Positions 60,978-64,000 of a DNA stretch of 64,000 nt are shown here, piece by piece (positions within the stretch are counted from its first letter, which is position 1; every line of letters starts with the position of its first letter). Below the pieces are notes generated by a model. That model was given only the letters and a program-made list of their open reading frames with translations. It had not been told where the DNA came from and ran no database searches. The position numbers were made by a program, and so were the translations under genes. Source of the DNA: Podarcis melisellensis (lineage: Eukaryota); the NCBI GenBank assembly GCA_964234715.1, contig OZ174287.1; one strand, 5' to 3'.

Positions 60978-63900
60978 CAGTATACAGTGCTTTTTTCTGG
61001 AGGTACGCAGGGGTACGCATACTCATAACCCTTTTGTGAATCTAAGTTTGGCCTCATTGAGGGGCAGTATTTCAATATGAATAGGAAAATGAGAGNNNNN
61101 NNNNNNNNNNNNNNNNNNNNNNNNNNNNNNNNNNNNNNNNNNNNNNNNNNNNNNNNNNNNNNNNNNNNNNNNNNNNNNNNNNNNNNNNNNNNNNNNNNNN
61201 NNNNNNNNNNNNNNNNNNNNNNNNNNNTTCGAAGTGTAGCTTTTAACCAATCTGGTGCTCTCCATAAGTATTGGGCTACAACTCCCATCAGCCCAGGCCG
61301 GCACATAATGGGAGGAATGAGACAGAAGCACTGTTTTAAGACCAGAGGAGGGATATATAGTGCAATAGCTATTGTAGACCCTGTGTGAGAGTAGAGGAGT
61401 TGCACTGAATAATAGTTTTGTTAAGAGATATTAAGGTCCAAGGAAATGGTTAAATAACTGAGAAGCTGAATTTGTGAGGGTGGGGAGGGGGTATATTTTA
61501 GGGCAGGAACTTACAAAGGAATGTCGCAAAACATGGAAAGACTCCCAATGAAAGGTAAAGGCTCTGACTGAGTAGAGGAAAGGATATTTTGGTTGGGAGG
61601 TATGAAGAGCTATTCAAAAGTGGAAAGAAACACAGAAATGGAGTAATAAATAAGGACACATAGGGGAGATACAAAATGATGAGGGCTCCACAGGCCCAAG
61701 CGGAGGTGGAAGGGCACCATTCAGCATGAGGTGAAAGGTTGTGGAGTGAAGGGAGAAAGGAGCTGAGGTGATTTAGAGGTGGAAGAATCCTGAGGAGAAG
61801 CCATTGTGTTCTAGCTGTAATGGCATCAAGAGATGTGGGTGAGCAAGGGAAGAAGGGAGGCCTCAGGCCTGAGTTTGATGGAGGTGGACAAGTGGGGGAA
61901 GAGAGCTTCGTAGGAAGGCAGAGGGTGTCAACAATCCCGGATTTCATGGAGGTAAGTGAAATGTAAGGTTTGCCCCATGTCACAGAGATTTTAAAAAAAG
62001 TCGGGGTGGGGGTGGGGAGAATATACTTTTGCAGCACTATTTAAAAGGAAAAGTGTCAAAGCTGTCTTAGTCAAAGGATGCTGTTAAGCATGAGGGGGCG
62101 AAGGAATATGGGCAGAGAAAAGGAAAACAGGCCATTTTAGCGACATAGAAATGCTCAGGGAAGGGCAGTGGAGTTCCAAAATGTGCAGTGTTGGAACGGT
62201 TTTTAGTTTGCTGTGATTTTTCCTGCTGTATTGATAGTGAGTCGCATGGGATTAAATTGAAAACGAAGTAATTTAGGATCCCTTGCCCTCCCCTCTGGAC
62301 ATGGGGTTCGGTTGCTACTTAGAAGTGAGGGGGAAATGCTGTGTGTGTGTGTCTGTGTGTAAAACCCTTGTGAAAACAGAGGCATCTTCTTGCCACACTT
62401 CCGCAAAATAGCGGTGGTGGTTCAGGAATATGTTGATGGATTAATATTTGTGCCAGTTCCAGAGTGTCTCTAAGGAAATGAGCATTGGAAGGCTGCCGTT
62501 TCTGGAGCTTGGTGAAAAGAACAGGCACAAAAAATAATATGGAGTGGGGTGTTGGTCTCACAGAAAGCTAAATTAACTTTCTGGGGAGGGTCTCCTGTGC
62601 TATTTCTCTAAAATGAAGCTCTGTCTCACATTTGTGCTTCTATTCTAAACACATTTCCTCTGAAGTCCTTTAGAATTTGACGGAGTTGATGTTCGCCTGA
62701 GAATTCTCAGGACTACCGCCTTATTTTAATGGCCAGTTTTTGATTTGATTATCATTTGCTGATGAAAAAAAGTGCCTTTCCTTCAGGGATAAGCAATGGG
62801 GGTGGGCAGTGAGGGCGGGAAATGGATAAGTCATTTGTCCAAGGTGACACATCCCTGCTTCCTGCCACCAATGGGGAAGGGCCTTTTAGATGCAAATATT
62901 AAATTTATAACAGCGGCCTTGTTTCTCACCTGTGGGTTCTGGTAGGCTGTGACAGTCAGAAACTGGGTCTCGGGAAAGGTGAAGGAAGCGCAGCCACTGC
63001 CTGCCCCACGGCGTCCTCCGGCTCCAACCACATGTATCCTCGGCTGGTAACGGTGCATGGAGTGAACAATCAGCTGAGAAGGGGGTGCAAGAGCCAGAGG
63101 TGAGTCTTATTATTTATTTACTTGTCCAAACAGTTTTTCCTACTATATTTCATTTTTAATGCAAACAGATATTTTAGCTCCCGTTATAGTCAGGGCCAGT
63201 GTAAATTCTGTGAATCTGCCCGAAGCACAGGCTTTTTTATGTTAACTTGCAGGATTCACTCGCTTGAGAATCTCATGTTTTATTGTTCATTAAGAAGGAG
63301 AGCAAGATTCTAGTCCTCATGGCTACATAATGAGGTTTCAGTCCCTGGTGAAATCACATGGACTGAGTAGACTTCTAATGATCTAAATATGGGGCTTCAG
63401 GGAGCTGCATAGTTACTTGCCCTTTCTCATGAATGATGGGAGCAAATTATGCACAGAATCATAGAATTGTAGAGTTAGAAGGGACCCCAAGGGTCATCTA
63501 GTCCTACCCCTGCCATTCTGGAATCTCAACTACAGCATACTTGAGAGAGAAAGCAATATATCTACGTGTGTTTAGTTTATATAATTTGCAGATGATGTAG
63601 AATTACAGAATGCTGGAGGAGATTTTATTTTAAGCACAAATTGTACAAAACCCTGGGTATGCCTCTTTGCTATATAACCCATAGCCACAATCCGTTATTG
63701 TTATCAATCTGAACTGCCCAGTATCTTTTAGTGCCATTCTTTTAACCCATTTTCCCCTTGAGGCGCTCAGAGCATTCCCTACAGCTATATTCCTTTCCAC
63801 CAAATAGCCTATGGTTCCATATAGCCTCATGCCCAAAGTGCCCTTTCCCCCTGGCCATACATGTCCATGGGGATCCAGTGTGTTGTTGGTGAGCTTGAGC

Positions 63901-64000
63901 CGGTGGAAGGATACAGGTTGGCGCATCCAGTGGGCGCCTGATGCAGGCGAGTCGGGGTGGATGTAGACCCTGTCTGGCGGGGGCAGTTCAGCCTTGCCAC
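57259..64000 (-). CDS. TBX6: T-box transcription factor TBX6, 3' part (continues beyond the window). Exons 64000-63861, 63073-62930, 60552-60482, 60057-59990, 59316-59124, 57508-57259
   Basis: T-box: [46 protein letters not shown]|[14 protein letters not shown]...[16 protein letters not shown]|[19 protein letters not shown], then [10 protein letters not shown] and GPCDSTL. Convergent with PPP4C as in human. The last exon is assigned by acceptor and phase only. Candidate ATTAAA on the minus strand at 57115-57120. Confidence 0.92.
58423..58522 (+). mobile_element. 3' half of the same MITE family
   Basis: GGCCCCATTAGCTAAAGTGGTACCTCAGGTTAAGAACAGTTTCAGG..., near-identical to 1672-1768. Confidence 0.8.
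58580..58712 (-). mobile_element. tRNA-Lys-derived SINE
   Basis: Same family as 28541-28683. Confidence 0.75.
60913..60976. repeat. (CT)n(AT)n compound microsatellite
   Basis: Seen directly. Confidence 0.95.
61096..61227. other. Assembly gap (N run)
   Basis: Run of n. Confidence 0.99.

Noticed and set aside
61498-62037. 179-aa minus-strand ORF in a TBX6 intron
   Set aside because: Pyrimidine-biased low-complexity translation with a non-ATG start and no recognisable family.

Overview
Vertebrate genomic DNA, not prokaryotic. The repeat content (tRNA-headed CR1-tailed SINEs, TA-flanked MITEs, L2 fragments) points to a squamate, probably a lacertid lizard; that assignment is inference. The window is syntenic with human 16p11.2. 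By manual splice-site reconstruction it holds, in order: the 3' half of MVP (+); FIMP1/C16orf92 (+); TLCD3B/FAM57B (-), with a candidate alternative N-terminus; an uncharacterised 138-aa single-pass cysteine-rich membrane protein resembling human LOC112694756 (+); an intact 246-aa CRK/CRKL-family adaptor gene with no counterpart at human 16p11.2 (+); complete ALDOA (+); complete PPP4C (+); and the 3' part of TBX6 (-). Most of the supplied ORFs are spurious or exon fragments. The most interesting signal is the extra CRK-family gene, probably a third vertebrate ohnologue lost in mammals, with a shortened regulatory linker and a GC-AG intron. Also notable are the Cys-rich microprotein, a reptile FIMP with a built-in secreted-isoform acceptor, and a duplicated first coding exon of TLCD3B. 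Comparisons to human proteins are from recall and were not computed.
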